From: Cenococcum geophilum
Taxonomy: Eukaryota
NCBI GenBank assembly: GCA_050273025.1
Contig: CP158635.1
Location: forward strand, 21,018,001 to 21,082,000
Reading direction: 5' to 3'
DNA: 64,000 bases
In this document: in pieces, positions 40,001 through 53,980 of the stretch
How positions within the stretch are numbered: the first letter of the stretch is position 1
Layout: every line of letters begins with the position of its first letter
The notes under the pieces: model-generated
What the model saw: only the letters and a program-made list of their open reading frames with translations
What the model was told of the DNA's origin: nothing
Databases searched by the model: none
Program-made: the position numbers and the translations under genes

Positions 40001-43000
40001 GCCTAGTTTTAAGATCGGGTAGTACTCTTCTAGCCTATTTTTAATTGCTGCCTAAATCCTTTCTAGTCTTTAGTCGATTTCCTTAGGGGTGGCTAATAAG
40101 CCTCGCTCGTTTAGTATTAGGTGGATTTCTTCTAGGTTTTAGAGTTGTTGTTTAACTGCATTAAGGAAACTATCTGTCTTAAGCTTCCTTATTGTGTATC
40201 TTTTTCTATTTAGTTGCGCTTTAGTATCTAGGTCTAGCTATATCTAGATAGGGATATAGTCTAGGGTAAGTGCCTATTCTTCTTTAGGGTTACACCTTTT
40301 AAGTCTCTAGTATAGGCCTTCGTCTATAAATATAAGGTTAATTATACTTCTAGCGGTGCCTTATTACTATATAATTGCTCCTAGGGGGGTAGCTAGCTTA
40401 AGGCCCCAGATATCTATAGCTCTTAGTAGGCACTCTAACTATTAATCTGCAGTAATATAGATACCCCCCTACTATAGGTGGTGGAGGTTTATATCTCCTA
40501 GTAGGATAAACTCTATACCTTTAGTTTCTAGTAAGCTTATTGCCGATATAATATTCTCTATTTATAGGACCCCTTTAACCCTAGGGTTATATACATTAAT
40601 AATTTATACCGGTCCCCTATATATTTAGATTATTATAACTGCAATATCTAGGTTAACTGCCTACTATAACCATAAGGACAGGCTAATAGCCTTACTGATT
40701 ATAAAGTACACGTATATAGCTGCTTTTGGTTTATATAGAAGCTAGAATCCTTAGGGGCAGTATATTAATTATATAAAGGTATTGTAATACGGTTCTTATA
40801 TAGTAAGGATATAGTGTTTCTCTAGGTCTAGACTGTCTAGTAGGGGCCTTATAAGGCGGTGGTTTGTGTTGCTATAGTTATACTATATAATAGATAGGTG
40901 GCGGACCCCCAGCAAGGGTCCTTCAACTCTCCTTTATTCCTTACTTCTTCTATTTCCACTTTCTCTAGGATATTTAGAGCTTCTATCTCTTATATCTACA
41001 CCCTAGTTACTACTTATTTTGTATAGAGCTTTCCATTTCTATATCTTATATTCCTATTAGCGCTTCTATATTTAAATCTGTTATTATTACTAGTTCTTCC
41101 CCTATTCTTACTAGTTGGCTATATACCCTTTATAGGTCGGCTACGAATGTTATATTTGCCGCATTGAGTCTAATTCTTAATTATCCTGGTCTTAAGCCTG
41201 CTATTGCTGTCTATAGGGGTCTTCCTACGGGGCGTCCTCTCCCTTATATCCCCTATGACCCTTATGTCCCTAATTAGTCTAGTAATATCGCACGGCGTCG
41301 CTTTTAGCCCGTTAAGGCTTGGGATGGCTGGCCTAGCCCTCTAGTATTGAAGGTAGGAAACGCTAGGAAGGCGCCTACGTCCCCCTAGCTTATTGCCTAT
41401 TGTTTCTATTTATATAATCTAGCGTATAGTTATTCCCGCAGCTGTTAAGCCCTTACCTTCCGTCTCCTGTATTTAATGCAGTCTTCTCTCTCCCATACCT
41501 TATATGTGCTTCAGTAGCAGTTTACACATTTTGTTTAGTCTTGATTTAAGTAATGTTTTATATTATAGGGGCCTGCACAGTGGCCGCAGCACACCTATGC
41601 TGCGCATATAGATTGGGTATGTCCCTATTATATATAGCGATAGTATTATTCTAAACGTAGTTTGTAGTTATAGAGCCTTATATTATATATAAGGCTATTT
41701 ATAATTATTCCTTTTTAGATAAGGAGTTTTTATATTCCTAGTATATGTGTACTAACAATAAGGGAGCTATACGTTCGTCTAGCGTCTCCCTAGCAAGTCT
41801 CCGGCGACCCTTATATCCTCTTATTGTTTTTATTATATACTTAGTTTGCATTTTCCTGTTAAAGCCATTAGATTTAGGTGATTTTAAGTCCTAGTATAAG
41901 GCGTTCCGTTTGTCTTACTATCTCCTATATAATTGCTGTGTTGTCTGCCTGGCGTCCCTTTTCTACCCTAAGGCTTATAGGAACCGCTAGGACCTTAACT
42001 AGGTAATCCTCACGGAGTACTTTTATGCTAATACGTTCTCCTAGCCTATCCCCTGCCCTTACGGCTCGTTTCTTTACCTATTAGTCCTTTAGGGTGACTC
42101 TAATGTCTCCGCTCTTAAGGTATCGGACTATAATAGCGTCGTGGACCTCTTTGTGTATCTTTATAAGGACTTCTATTTCTAATTGTCCCCTAAGCCCCTC
42201 TGCTTGTTCTGTGTTTAGTCGTATTATAATTATATACCTAGTTGTTAACTTAAGGGGGGTAGGTTCCCTATACTATAAAAGCGCAGCTACGGCGGCCCAG
42301 GTGCGGTTCGCCGGTAAGGGGGGGTTATGCTTATTTTTAATTTTGCTTAGCCGTTAGAGGATTTAATTAAGGGTTTACTAAAGGGGCGCCTAAGGTTCGC
42401 TGGACTAGCGGAGCCATTCTACTAGCTATATTAGTTTATTATGGCTAACGGTTACTCCCCCGTAATTTTGGATACTAGACGCGTCTAATAGGCTTTATAT
42501 TTTGTTAGATGCCTTCTTAATAGAGGTATTTCTGCTTTATGGTGTGGTATTCGCCCGTCTTTATTGTGGAGGGCCATTGCTAGGCGTAGTTCTAGCGGTC
42601 GCGCGCGAGTGCGAGCCACCGTCGTTCGACGTGTGCCTCCCCTGCGATATATGCATCTCAGGGGGATTCTCTGGGTGTTTTTCAGGGTTCTTTTGGTTGG
42701 TTTTGGTCTTTTTGGGCCGGGTGCAGCAAGAGCTCCTATTAATTATATATAGAATAATTAGGTTTTAACGCTGGGCGCATACGTGCAATATATATAGAGC
42801 ACTAAAGGATAAAAATTAAAAGTATTTAATAAGGATATATTGGATAACGGATAAGGTAAAGTACAAAAACGCTAAGTATATATATAGTTAGCACCTAATA
42901 GAAGTTTAAGAATAAGGGGACTTAATACTTTAACTAGGAAGATTTCTTATAGAAAAATGCCTAGATGGACAATAGTAGTGGGAATATTCTAAGAATATAT

Positions 43001-46000
43001 GTCTATAGTATATTAAAGATAAAAAGCAAACTAAGTATTAGCTTAAGTTAGACTAAGTATAAACAGGATCTAGCAGCTAATAGTTAGGGAAAGTAGAGGC
43101 CTATAGAACTAGAGGGAACTAGTAGTAAAGCCTTAGACCCTTAAAGGAATTTAAGGTTAATACCTAAATTTATAAGTTAAATAGCAAGATTAATAGTTTA
43201 AGGCATTAATAGATAGTAGAGTAATAAGGAACTACATCTTGCTAGCAGCAGTTAAAAGAATAGGGTTACTATACAGGAAAAAGGAATGTTCTTACCTATT
43301 AGTGATAATTTTAGGAGATCTAATAGCCTATAGAGGAGGTATTATTAATCTTAAAACAGGACCTATTTAGTTAACTATTAAAAGGAGATAAATTAAGATA
43401 TCTTTTAATATATTACCATTAGGGAATAATAAGGCAGTACTAGGAATGCCTTAGTTACAAGAATATAATCTAAAGATTAATTGGATTATAGGTTAGGTTA
43501 ATATTAGAGATACTTAACGCCGTAAAATGCGATAATAAGCTAAGTTAGTATAGTACTAAGCAGAAGTAACCTATAAAGAAATAGAGAAAGGGCTAAGCTA
43601 TATACTAAAGAGATACCATAAATACGGCAAGAGACTATAGTTACTAGAAAGTAAAAAGCTGTTAGAGTATATAGTATAAGACTATAAAATAGAATTAGAA
43701 TTAGGAACAAGTCTAAGGTTCTTTCCAATCTATAAGCTTACTAAAGAAGAAGGGAGAGCATTAAAAGAGTTTGTCTAGGAAAACTTATATAAGGGATATA
43801 TTAGACTATCACAATTATTAGCAGGTTATCTAGTATTATTTATACTAAAGAAAAATGGTAAACTAAAACTATGTATTAACTACAGATAGTTAAATAGTAT
43901 TACTAGAAAGGATAGGTATCCTTTACCCTTAATTAGCGAAATCTAAGATAGGATAGGTAATATATAAATCTTTATAAAGATAGATCTAAGATGGGCGTAC
44001 TATTAGATTAGAATTAAAGAAGGCAATAAATAGAAAGCAGCCTTTAGGTTAAAGGAAGGACTATATAAACTATTAGTTATACAATTTGGGCTTATAAACA
44101 CACTAGTAATATTTTAAAAGCGAATTAATAATGTGTTAGGAGAATACTTAGATAAATTTGTTATAGTATACCTTAACGATATTATTATTTACTTAATAAC
44201 TAAGGAAGAATATAGAGAACACGTTAAATAGGTCTTAAAGAGACTATAAGAGGAATAGATACTAGTAGTAATTAAAAAATACAAGTTCTTTACTAGGAAG
44301 ACCAATTTTATAGGATTTATTATTAAACTAGGCTAACTTAGTATAGATCTAAAGAAGATTAAGGCTATAGTAAATTAGTAAGAACTAGAGAACGTTATAT
44401 AGCTAAAATTATTCCTAGGGTTTTGCAATTACTATAGAAGGTTTATAGCGCAATAGTTAAAGAATATTAAGCTATTTACGCGATTAATAAAGAAAGAAGA
44501 ACTATAGGTATAGGGAGAAGAATAATAAGAACTATTTAAAGATGTTAAAAGGTTATTTACCTAGGAGCTAGTTCTTAAAATCTATTAACTAGGACTAGAG
44601 ACGGTTATAGGGGTAGGTGTATTAGACTTTACACTAGGGGTATACTTTATATAAAAGCATCTAGATAGATAGCACCTAGTAGTATATTATAGTCGGAAGA
44701 TAATACTACTAGAGTTAAACTATAATATCTATAATAAGGAGTTATTAGGTATAGTTGCAGCACTTAAGGAATAAAGAGCATTCTTACAAGGTATAGAGAA
44801 ACTATTTATAGTTAAGACGGATTATAAAAACCTAACAGGATTCTTAACGATAAAGAAACTTAACTAAAGATAGGTTAGATAGGTAGAGATGCTTACAGAA
44901 TACTATTTTAAGATTTAGTATACTAAGGGTATAAATAACACGTAAGCCAATACACTAAGTTAAAAGGCTAAACTATAAAATAACAAGAAGCTATTAGGGG
45001 CTTTACTACAAAAAGATATAGATAGATTAATTAGGTATAATTATCTAAAGATTATAGTAACTTAGGAGAATAAGTTAGAAAGAATTTATAAGTCACTAGA
45101 AAGCTTTTGGGTATAAAGAATTCTAAAGGCACAGCTAGAAGATCTATAGATAGACATATACAAAAATTAAGAAGTAAAGTATATTCTAAGAAGCATAGCA
45201 GAGTAATTTATAAAGGAATTCTATAAGGGACTAACTTAAGGACATAATAGAGCTATAGGCTTAGTGTTAAGACTCTAAGAGGAGTATATTATTAACGGAA
45301 TCTAAAGGATAGCTAGGAAGGTTACTAAGGAGTGTCTAGATTGCTAAAGAAATAAACTAACGAGGTATAAGCTATATAGAGGGCTATAATCTATTAAAAT
45401 ACTAGAGAGACTATAGGAGGTCATATTATAGGACTTTATTATTAAGTTGCTAAAATTAAAAGATCCTATTATAGGACAAGATTATAACGCAATCTTAGTA
45501 ATAGTAGATAAGCTTATAAAGTAGGGATACTTCATAGCCTATACGGAAGAAATCTCAGCGGAAGATATCGCTAGAATCTATATTAAAGAAGTATTTGCAA
45601 GATATAGAGCACTAAGTAAAATTATATTAGATAGAGATCTAAGATTTAAAGCAGTATTCTAGGAGGTATTTTTAGTAGAGTAAGGAGTTTAAGCAGCAAC
45701 TTTTACTGTATATTATCTATAGACAGACGGTTAAACGGAGAGATTAAATTAGACACTAAAGTAGTATCTAAGGCACTATATTAATCACGTATAGAACAAT
45801 TAGGTATTACTATTACTAGTTATATAGTTTGTATACAATGCAACACTATAGGAAGAAATGGGTACTTTATTATTTAAGGCGAATTATAGGTATAAGCCAA
45901 GAATATTATTATCGCTATAATAAGTAAAGAAGATAAGTAGCACAGCTAAGTAAAGAATGGAGACTTTAATAAATCTTTATGCAAACCTTATAGAAACAGC

Positions 46001-47612
46001 TAAGGGAGTATAGTAAAGAATAAAGAAATACTATAACGCTAAGAGATCTAAGGGACCAGATCTTAAGAAGGGAGATAAAGTATAGCTATTATATAAAAAC
46101 TTTAAGAGTTAATAACTAAGCAAGAAGTTAAACTGTGTTAGACTAGGACCTTTTAAAATTATATAGAGAATTTTATTAGTTATATTTAAGTTAAACCTAT
46201 TAGCTAAAATAAAGATCTACCCTATATAGTATATTGCAATACTAGAGCTAGTATATAGGAATATTAAGCCACTAGTTTATAAAGCAGACACGTATAGAGG
46301 ATAAGAAAAGGATAAATAGTAAGTTTTAAAGATCGTTAGTTATAAGGATATTAATAATAAAATATAGTATAAGGTAAAGTAAATAGGCTATAATAAGACT
46401 ACCTGGGAACTACTAGAAAATTTAAAGAACGCTATAGGAAAGGTATAGGAGTATTAGAAGAAAATAGGTTAGGTAATATTAATAAAGAAGAATCGCTAAA
46501 GAATAAGCTACCTAAGGGGGACCTAGGAAGAGCGACTACCGAACTATTTAGAGTTATTCCCTTTATAGGAAGAAAGTCGGTTCTCTTATTACTAAGTTCC
46601 TATAGACCTTATTTTATAAGTTTCTACTCCTTAAAACGGACCTTCTTACGCACTTTCTTAAGATAAAGTAGTTAAGTAGACGCCGCGATCTAAGCATCTA
46701 GAGCTTTCTATTCTGCATTCTAAGAATACTTAAGCTTAGCTAGGGCCTATACTAGGTTACTATCTAGCTTTACAGCAGTAGATTAAACACAAGACCCTAT
46801 AACAAATTATTTAGGGAACTTAATAACTATTAAGAGTAATAAGACGCGTATACTTAGCGTTAAAAGTAGAATAGACGTTATAGGAGGAACGAACGTTTAC
46901 TTTAGTACACTCTAAGCAAGAGAATGGTTGCTAAGACGAAGGACTTACTAGCGTAATATAAACTAACCCCTCTTTCATATAATAAGAATATAGAGATGGT
47001 ATAATCTCACTAAGCGATAATATAGTAGTAATAGTATAGGTATAATATTGCGTATATAAAGAAGAAAATGCTTTAGGTATAATAAGTAACAATATTAACT
47101 AAATTAATTAGACGGATATTATACCTCTAGTAAATAACCTAAAGATGCTAGGAATCTTTAAGAATAAAAATAGGAAGGAGGGAGATGGTATTATAGACGC
47201 TTTAAGTATAATATTATAACTACTTAGGGAAGAGTTAGAAGAAGCTAGTTAGTTAATATAAGCACGGTCTAAAATAGAGCCAGTAAAACTATATAATGAG
47301 GAATAGTAACTAGGGTTATATAATATACTATATAAGAAATAAGAGGAATAAAGGGAATGTACGTACCTTATATACCTTACGTATATTACGTATAAAAAGG
47401 GATTTTATAGAAGTACGGTTATATATTTAAGGACCCTTAATCCCTACCTAGATAGTTCCTTCCTTATAGTAATTCTTAGAATATAATTAGAGTTAATCTA
47501 TTAGGCAACTACTCTACCAATTATTATTACGTTGTTAACTTTAATTTGCATCACCTATACACCTAGCCTATTAACGAGCCTATTATAGTACTTGCTATAA
47601 GGTTCCGTTACA
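34044..47612 (+). mobile_element. Full-length RIPed chromoviral Gypsy copy A (LTRs 34044-34467 and 47189-47612), inserted in the 3' LTR of copy B
   Basis: TSD TATAT (34039-34043, 47613-47617); PPT ggaaggagggagatgg. Motifs: ALIDS(GA)..NYI (~43203), YL(D)DIIIY (~44168), IY(D)KELL (~44727), TDG(Q)TERLN (~45723), TWE chromodomain (~46401). Confidence 0.92.
37198..42778 (-). mobile_element. Full-length RIPed Tad1-like LINE (ORF1 gag-CCHC, ORF2 endonuclease-RT) nested in Gypsy A
   Basis: TSD AT(G/A)CGTGCAATATA (37184-37197, 42779-42792). Minus-strand motifs: SYRPITLENTLSKILE (~39328), GIPQKSPLSPILFLF (~38939), GFV(DD) (~38843), LLGD endonuclease (~40495). Confidence 0.9.
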
Positions 47613-50600
47613 TATATAGGTAATATAAATTAAAGTTAATAATGTAATAATAACTAGTGGAGTAGTTGCCTAATAGATTAACTTTAATTATATTCTAAGA
47701 ATTACTATAAGGAAGGAACTATCTAGGTAGGGACTAAGGGTCCTTAAATATATAACTATACTTCTATAAAATCCTTCTTATATATAATATATATATACTC
47801 TATTTACTCTATTACGAATTATATAGATCCTATAGATTATATAAATTATATTATATAACCTTAGTTACTATTTCTCATTATATAGCTCTATTGGCTCCAT
47901 CTTAAACTATGCCTAAATTAACTAACTAGCTTCTTCCGACTCTTCCCTAAGTAGTTATAATATTATACTTAAAGCGTCTATAACACTATCTCCCTCCTCT
48001 TAATTTTTATCCTTAAAGATTTTAAGTATCTCTAAGTTATTTACTAGAGGTGTAATATCCGTCTAATTAATTTAGTTAATATTATTACTTATTATACCAA
48101 AAGCAATTTCTTCTTCTTTAACGGCCCGTCGCATTCGTACTATTACTATAATATTATCTTTTAGTGAGATTATACCGTCTTTATATTCTCGCTATTTAAA
48201 AAAGGGGTTAGTTTATATTACGTTAGCAAACCTATCTTTATAGTGGCCGTTCTTTTACTTAAAGTATACTAAAGCGAATATTTATTTATTCTACGATATT
48301 CGCTCTATCTTTAATGCTAAGTATACGCAACCTATTACTTTTAATAGTCATCTAGTTCCCTAATTAATTTATCTTAGGGTTTTATATTTAATCTACTGCT
48401 ACGCGGCTAGATAATAAATTATCTATTACTCTAGCAGAGTTACGCTATTCTTATAATGTAGAACGGAAGGCTGCTAATACTTAATAACGGGCCCTTAAGT
48501 CTTGTCTTGTGGTATCTACTTAGTTAATCCGTCTTAAGAAGGTTTATAAAAAGGTCTGTTTTAAGGAGTAGAAGCTTATAGAATAAGGTTTATAGGAACT
48601 TAGCGATAAAAGAATAGATTTTCCTTTAATAGAGAAGGAAATAGATCTAAGTAGTTTAGTAACTGCTCTTTTTAGGTCCCCCTTAGGTAACTTATTTTTT
48701 TAGTAATTCTTTTTTATTAATACTGCCTAACCTAATTTCTTCTAATACTCCTATACCTTTCCTATAGCGTTCTTTAAATTTTTTAGTAGTTCCTAGGTAG
48801 TTTTAGTGTAGCCTATCTACTTAACCTTATACTATATTTCGTTGTTAATATCCTTATAACTAACAATTTTTAAAACTTACTATTTATCCTCTTTTTATCC
48901 TCTATACGTGTCTACTTTATAAACTAGTAGCTTAATATTCCCGTATACTAGCTCTAGTATTACAATATGCTATATAGGGTAGATTTTTATTTTGGCTAGT
49001 AAATCTAACTTAAATATAACCGGTAAAATCCTTTATATAATTTCAAAAGGTCCTAGTCTAATATAGTCTAACTTTTTACTTAGTTGTTAACTCTTAAAAT
49101 TTTTATATAGTAGCTATACTTTATCTCCCTCCTTAAGATCTAGTCCCTTAGATCTCTTAGTATTATAGTACTTTTTTATTCTCTTTTATACTTTCTTTAC
49201 TAATTCTATAAGGTCTATATAAAGATTTATTAATATCTTTATTCTTTCTTTAGCTATACTACTTATTTTCTTTACTTGCTATAGTAACAATAATATTCTT
49301 AGCTTATATTTATAGTTTGCCTTAAATAGTAATATGCCTATCCCTTCTTATGGTGTTATATTATATATAAACTATATAACTAGTAATAATAATACCTAAT
49401 TATTCTATATATAATTAATATAATGCCTTAGATATTATTCTAGTATCTAATTTAATCTTTCTATTTAACTGTCTGTCTGTAGATAATATATAGTAGAAGT
49501 TACTACTCTAACTCCTTACTCCGCTAAAAATACCTCCTAAAATACTGCTATAAATCTTAGGTCTCTATCTAATATAATTTTACTTAATACTCTATATCTT
49601 GCGAATACTTCTTTAATATAAATTCTAGTAATATCTTCTACTAATATTCCTTCTATACATGCTATAAAGTATCCCTACTTTATAAGCTTATCTACTATTA
49701 CTAAGATCGCGTTATAATCTTATCTAGTAATAGGATCTCTTAACTTTAGTAATTTAATAATAAAGTCCTATAATATAACCCCCTATTGTCTCTCTGGTAT
49801 TTTAATAGGTTATAGCCCTCTATATAGCCTATGCCTTATTAGTTTATTTCTCTAGCAATCTAGATACTCCTTTATAACTTTTCATACTAAGCCCTAAATT
49901 CTATTAATAATATACTCCTCCTAGAGTCTTAATACTAAGCCTATAGCTCCGTTATATCCTTAAGTCATTCCCTTATAGAAATCTTTTATAAAGTGTTCTG
50001 CTATACTTCTTAGGATATACTTTACTTCTCGGTATTTATATAATATTTCTTCTCCTAAATATTCTAACTATTCTTCTAGCTATACTTTAAAAATCCTTTA
50101 TACCTAAAAGCTTTTTAATATTTTATAGATTCTTCCTAACTCCTTATCCTCTTAAGTTACTATAATCTTTAGATAATTATACCTAATTAATCTATTTATA
50201 TCTTTTCGCAGTAAAGCTCCTAATGGCTTTTCGTTATTTTATAGTTTAGCTTTTTAACTTAGAGCGTCTGCTTATGCATTGTTTATACCCTTAATATACT
50301 AAATCTTAAAATAGTATTTTATAAGCATCTCTGCCTATCTAACCTATCTTTAGTTAAGTTCCTTTATTATTAGAAATCCTATTAAGTTCTTATAATCCGT
50401 CTTAACTATAAATAGTTTCTTTATGCCTTATAAGAATACTCTCTATTTTTTTAGTGCTATAACTATACCTAATAACTCCTTGTTATAGATGTTATAGTTT
50501 AACTCTAGTAGTGTTATTTTCCGACTATAGTATACTACTAGGTGCTATCTATTTTAGTGTTTCTATATAAAGTATGCCCCTAATATAAAGTCTAATACAT

Positions 50601-52559
50601 TTATCTTTACAACCGTTTCTAGTCCTAGTTAATAAATCTTAAGAACTAGCTCTTAGGTAAATAACGCTTTAACCTTTTTAAATAATTCTTACTGCTTCTT
50701 TCCCTATGCCCATAGTTCTTCTTTCTTTATTAATCGCGTAAATAGTTTAATATCTTTTAACTATTGCGCTATAAATTGTCTATAGTAATTATAAAACCTT
50801 AGGAACAATCTTAATTATATAACGTTCTTTAGTTCTTACTAATTTACTATAGCCTCAATCTTCTTTAAATCTATACTAAGTTGGCCTGGTTTAATAATAA
50901 ATCTAATAAAATTAGTCTTCCTAGTAAAGAACTCGCATTTCTTAATTGCTACTAGCATTTGTTCTTCTTATAGTCTCTTTAAGACCTATTTAACGTGTTC
51001 CTCGTGCTCTTTCTTAGTTATTAAGTAGATAATAATATTATTAAGGTATGCTATAATAAATTTATCTAAGTGCTCTCCTAATACATTATTAATACGTTTC
51101 TAAAATATTACTAGTGCATTTATAAGTCTGAATTATATAACTAATGGCTTATATAGTCCTTCCTTTAACCTAAAGGCTGCCTTCTATTTGTCGCCTTCCT
51201 TAATTCTAATTTAATGGTATACCTATCTTAGATCTATTTTTATAAAGATTTACACGTTACCTATCCTATCTTAAATCTCGCTAATTAAGAGTAAAAAATA
51301 CCTATCCTTCTAAGTAATGCTATTTAACTACTTATAGTTAATACATAATCTAAGTTTTCTATTCTTCTTTAGTATAAATAGTACTAGATAACCTGCTAAT
51401 AACTATAATGGTCTAATATATTTCTTTCATAAGTTTTCCTAAATAAACTTCTTAAGTACTCTACCTTCTTTTTTAGTAAGCTTATAGGTTAGAAAAAACC
51501 TTAAACTTATTCCTAGTTTTAACTTTATCTTATAGTCCTATACTATATAATCTAATAGCTTCTTACTTTTTAGTAACTATAGTTTCTTACTATACTTATA
51601 GTATCTTTTTAGTATATAACTTAAGCCTCACTTAGTCTCTTTATATATTACTCCTACTTAGTATTATACTAACTTAGTTTGCTATTATATCTTACAGCAT
51701 TAAGTATCTCTAATATTAACCTAGCCTGTAATCTAATCGATCTTTAGATTATATTCCTATAACTAAGGCATCCCTAATACTACCTTATCCCGTCCTAATA
51801 ATAGGATATTAAAAGATATCTTAACTTATTTCCCTTTAATAGTTATTTAAATAAGTCCTATTTCTAAATTAATAATCCCTCCTCTATAGGCTATTAGATC
51901 TCCTAAAATTATAACTAGTAGGGAAGGTTATTCCTTCTATCTATAAGGTAATCCCATTCTTTTAACTACCGCTAGTAAGATATAGTTTCGCGTTACTCCA
52001 CTATCTATTAGCACTTTAAACTGTTAATTTTACTATTTAATTTATAAATTTAGGTGTTGTCCTTAAATTCCTTTAAGGGTTTAAGGCTTTACTACTAGCT
52101 CCTTTTAGTTCCGTAGGCCTCTACTTTTCCTAACTACTAGCTACTTAATCCTGTTATACTTAGCTTACTCTTTAGCTAATACCTAGTTTGCTTTTTATCT
52201 TTAATATAATATAGATACATATTCTTTAGGTACTCCTACTACTATTATCTATCTAAGTATTCTTCCGTAAGGAATCTTCCTAGTTAAAGTATTAAGTCTC
52301 CTTCCTTTTGGATTTCTATTAAATGCCATTCGTGTATATACTTAGTATTTTATACTATTGCTTATCTAGCGCCTAATATATTCTTATAGGGTATTTTTAA
52401 TTCTTTTCCTTTGGATTTTTATATATTTTATATATATCGTCTATATATATAATCCATAATAGTATATAGTATGCTAGGTGCTTTAGGTTAACTCTTAACT
52501 CATTCTTATTTTTAAGTTTAAACCTCTACTGTGCTAATTTAAACGTTACGACTTTATTT

Positions 52560-53980
52560 TTATTTATTTTATATCCATTGTATTGTACTACGTACAATAC
52601 TGCGCATGCAGCCTCTGGGCTATGGCGCTATAGTTCTATATACATGAATCCTTTCTAGGCAGCTTAACATGTACTAGTAGCTATGTCCTAGTAGTTTATA
52701 AACCTCTAGACTAGAGGTTTACCGCTCCCTAGTAAAATACTAGGTTACGACAACTATTAGGTAATATTAAAACAGTAGAAAAACGGTAAAAGAAACGGTA
52801 AACGAATCCCAACGCCTGCCCCTGTACATTTTATAGTTTATTTCTGTCCTTTTGCTCACTACTGTCTATTTACTAGAAGTCTAGTAGGAGTTACCTCCTT
52901 CTAAAGCTTCTTCTTCCATTAGCCACTCTCTAGTAGCTATTTTTGTCTTACTTAGAAATAGGAAAAGCGCCCTTCTTCCTTTCTCTGTACAAAAGAGCTT
53001 CTCTAGGGAGAGAGAAGAGTTTAGTTGTCTTTGCATTTCTTTTCTCTCTTCCCTGTATAGTTTGCATTCTAGTAATAGGTGTTTAGGAGTCTGTATAGCT
53101 CTACAGCCCTTAAAGCATCTACCTTCTTTATCCTTCCCTATTGTCTTAGAGAAGGATTTAAAGAAGCCTTTTCCTAGTTTTAGTTGATAGAAGGCTGATT
53201 GTAACCTTTTAGGATATTTATCCTTAGGGGCTTTAAGAGATAAGGAGTAGTTTCCTCTAGAGATCCTAGTATAGTGTTTTCCTTTATTTTTTTTCTGTTG
53301 CCAGCTGCTTTTCCACTGTCCTAGTATTTTTTCTCTTGCTGTTCTCCTTATATAGGCTAGGGATGTATAAGAAGATTGTATTTTTCTTCTAGAGAGGCCC
53401 TTTTTAGCTAGCTTATCTGCTATTTCGTTTCCATAGATTCCTAGGTGGCTAGGAACCCAATAGAAGTTAATAGAGATACTCCTACTAGCTAGATAAGAGC
53501 AGCTTTGCGTAATTTTAAAGACTAGTTCTTGTCCCCCTGTAAGAGAATTAAGCTGTAATCTTTTAATAGCTGCTTGGCTATCTATAAAGATATAAACTTG
53601 TTTCTCTTCTAGTCTTTGTTGTTTTAGATATTCTAGGGCCCTATAGACTGCATAAAGTTCTGCGTCCATAATTTCCATATAAGGCCCTAGATTCCAATTT
53701 GTTGCGTATTTAATCCTATTTCTCTCCCCTATTTTACATACGGCCGCTGCACTTGATTTACTATCTTTAGAGCCGTCTGTATAGTATATATCTACTAGGT
53801 CCCATTCTAGGGATTCTTGTAGATTTTCTACTAGTCTTAGATGTTCTTGTACAGCTTCTTCTTTACTACCCCTAGAGATAGAAAAGAATGCAGAAATAGG
53901 GGGAGACCACGGTTTTTGCCAATCTAGAGAGATTCTCTCTATTTTCCAATTTTGAATTAGTTGCTGGACTCTAGAAGCTA
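52560..53980 (-). mobile_element. 5'-truncated LINE (RNase H end of ORF2 + 3' UTR) nested in Gypsy B
   Basis: 13-bp TSD TACGACTTTATTT (52547-52559, 53981-53993). The 3' UTR is shared with the element at 5840. Confidence 0.9.
52881..53978 (-). CDS. LINE ORF2 C-terminal fragment: RNase H domain + C-terminal Cys/His motif (no start; 5'-truncated)
   Basis: Open frame with YYTDGSK, DAELYAV, FIDSQAA, WVPSHLGIYGNEIADKLAK and C..C....QTPKHLLLEC. Confidence 0.85.
   Translation of the reverse strand, partial: ASRVQQLIQNWKIERISLDWQKPWSPPISAFFSISRGSKEEAVQEHLRLVENLQESLEWDLVDIYYTDGSKDSKSSAAAVCKIGERNRIKYATNWNLGPYMEIMDAELYAVYRALEYLKQQRLEEKQVYIFIDSQAAIKRLQLNSLTGGQELVFKITQSCSYLASRSISINFYWVPSHLGIYGNEIADKLAKKGLSRRKIQSSYTSLAYIRRTAREKILGQWKSSWQQKKNKGKHYTRISRGNYSLSLKAPKDKYPKRLQSAFYQLKLGKGFFKSFSKTIGKDKEGRCFKGCRAIQTPKHLLLECKLYREERKEMQRQLNSSLSLEKLFCTEKGRRALFLFLSKTKIATREWLMEEEALEGGNSY

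Noticed and set aside
42094..43728. Small ORFs within LINE/Gypsy relics (also 6434, 9390, 20443, 28250, 37684, 54303, 61191)
   Set aside because: Chance or residual frames in RIP-degraded TE sequence.
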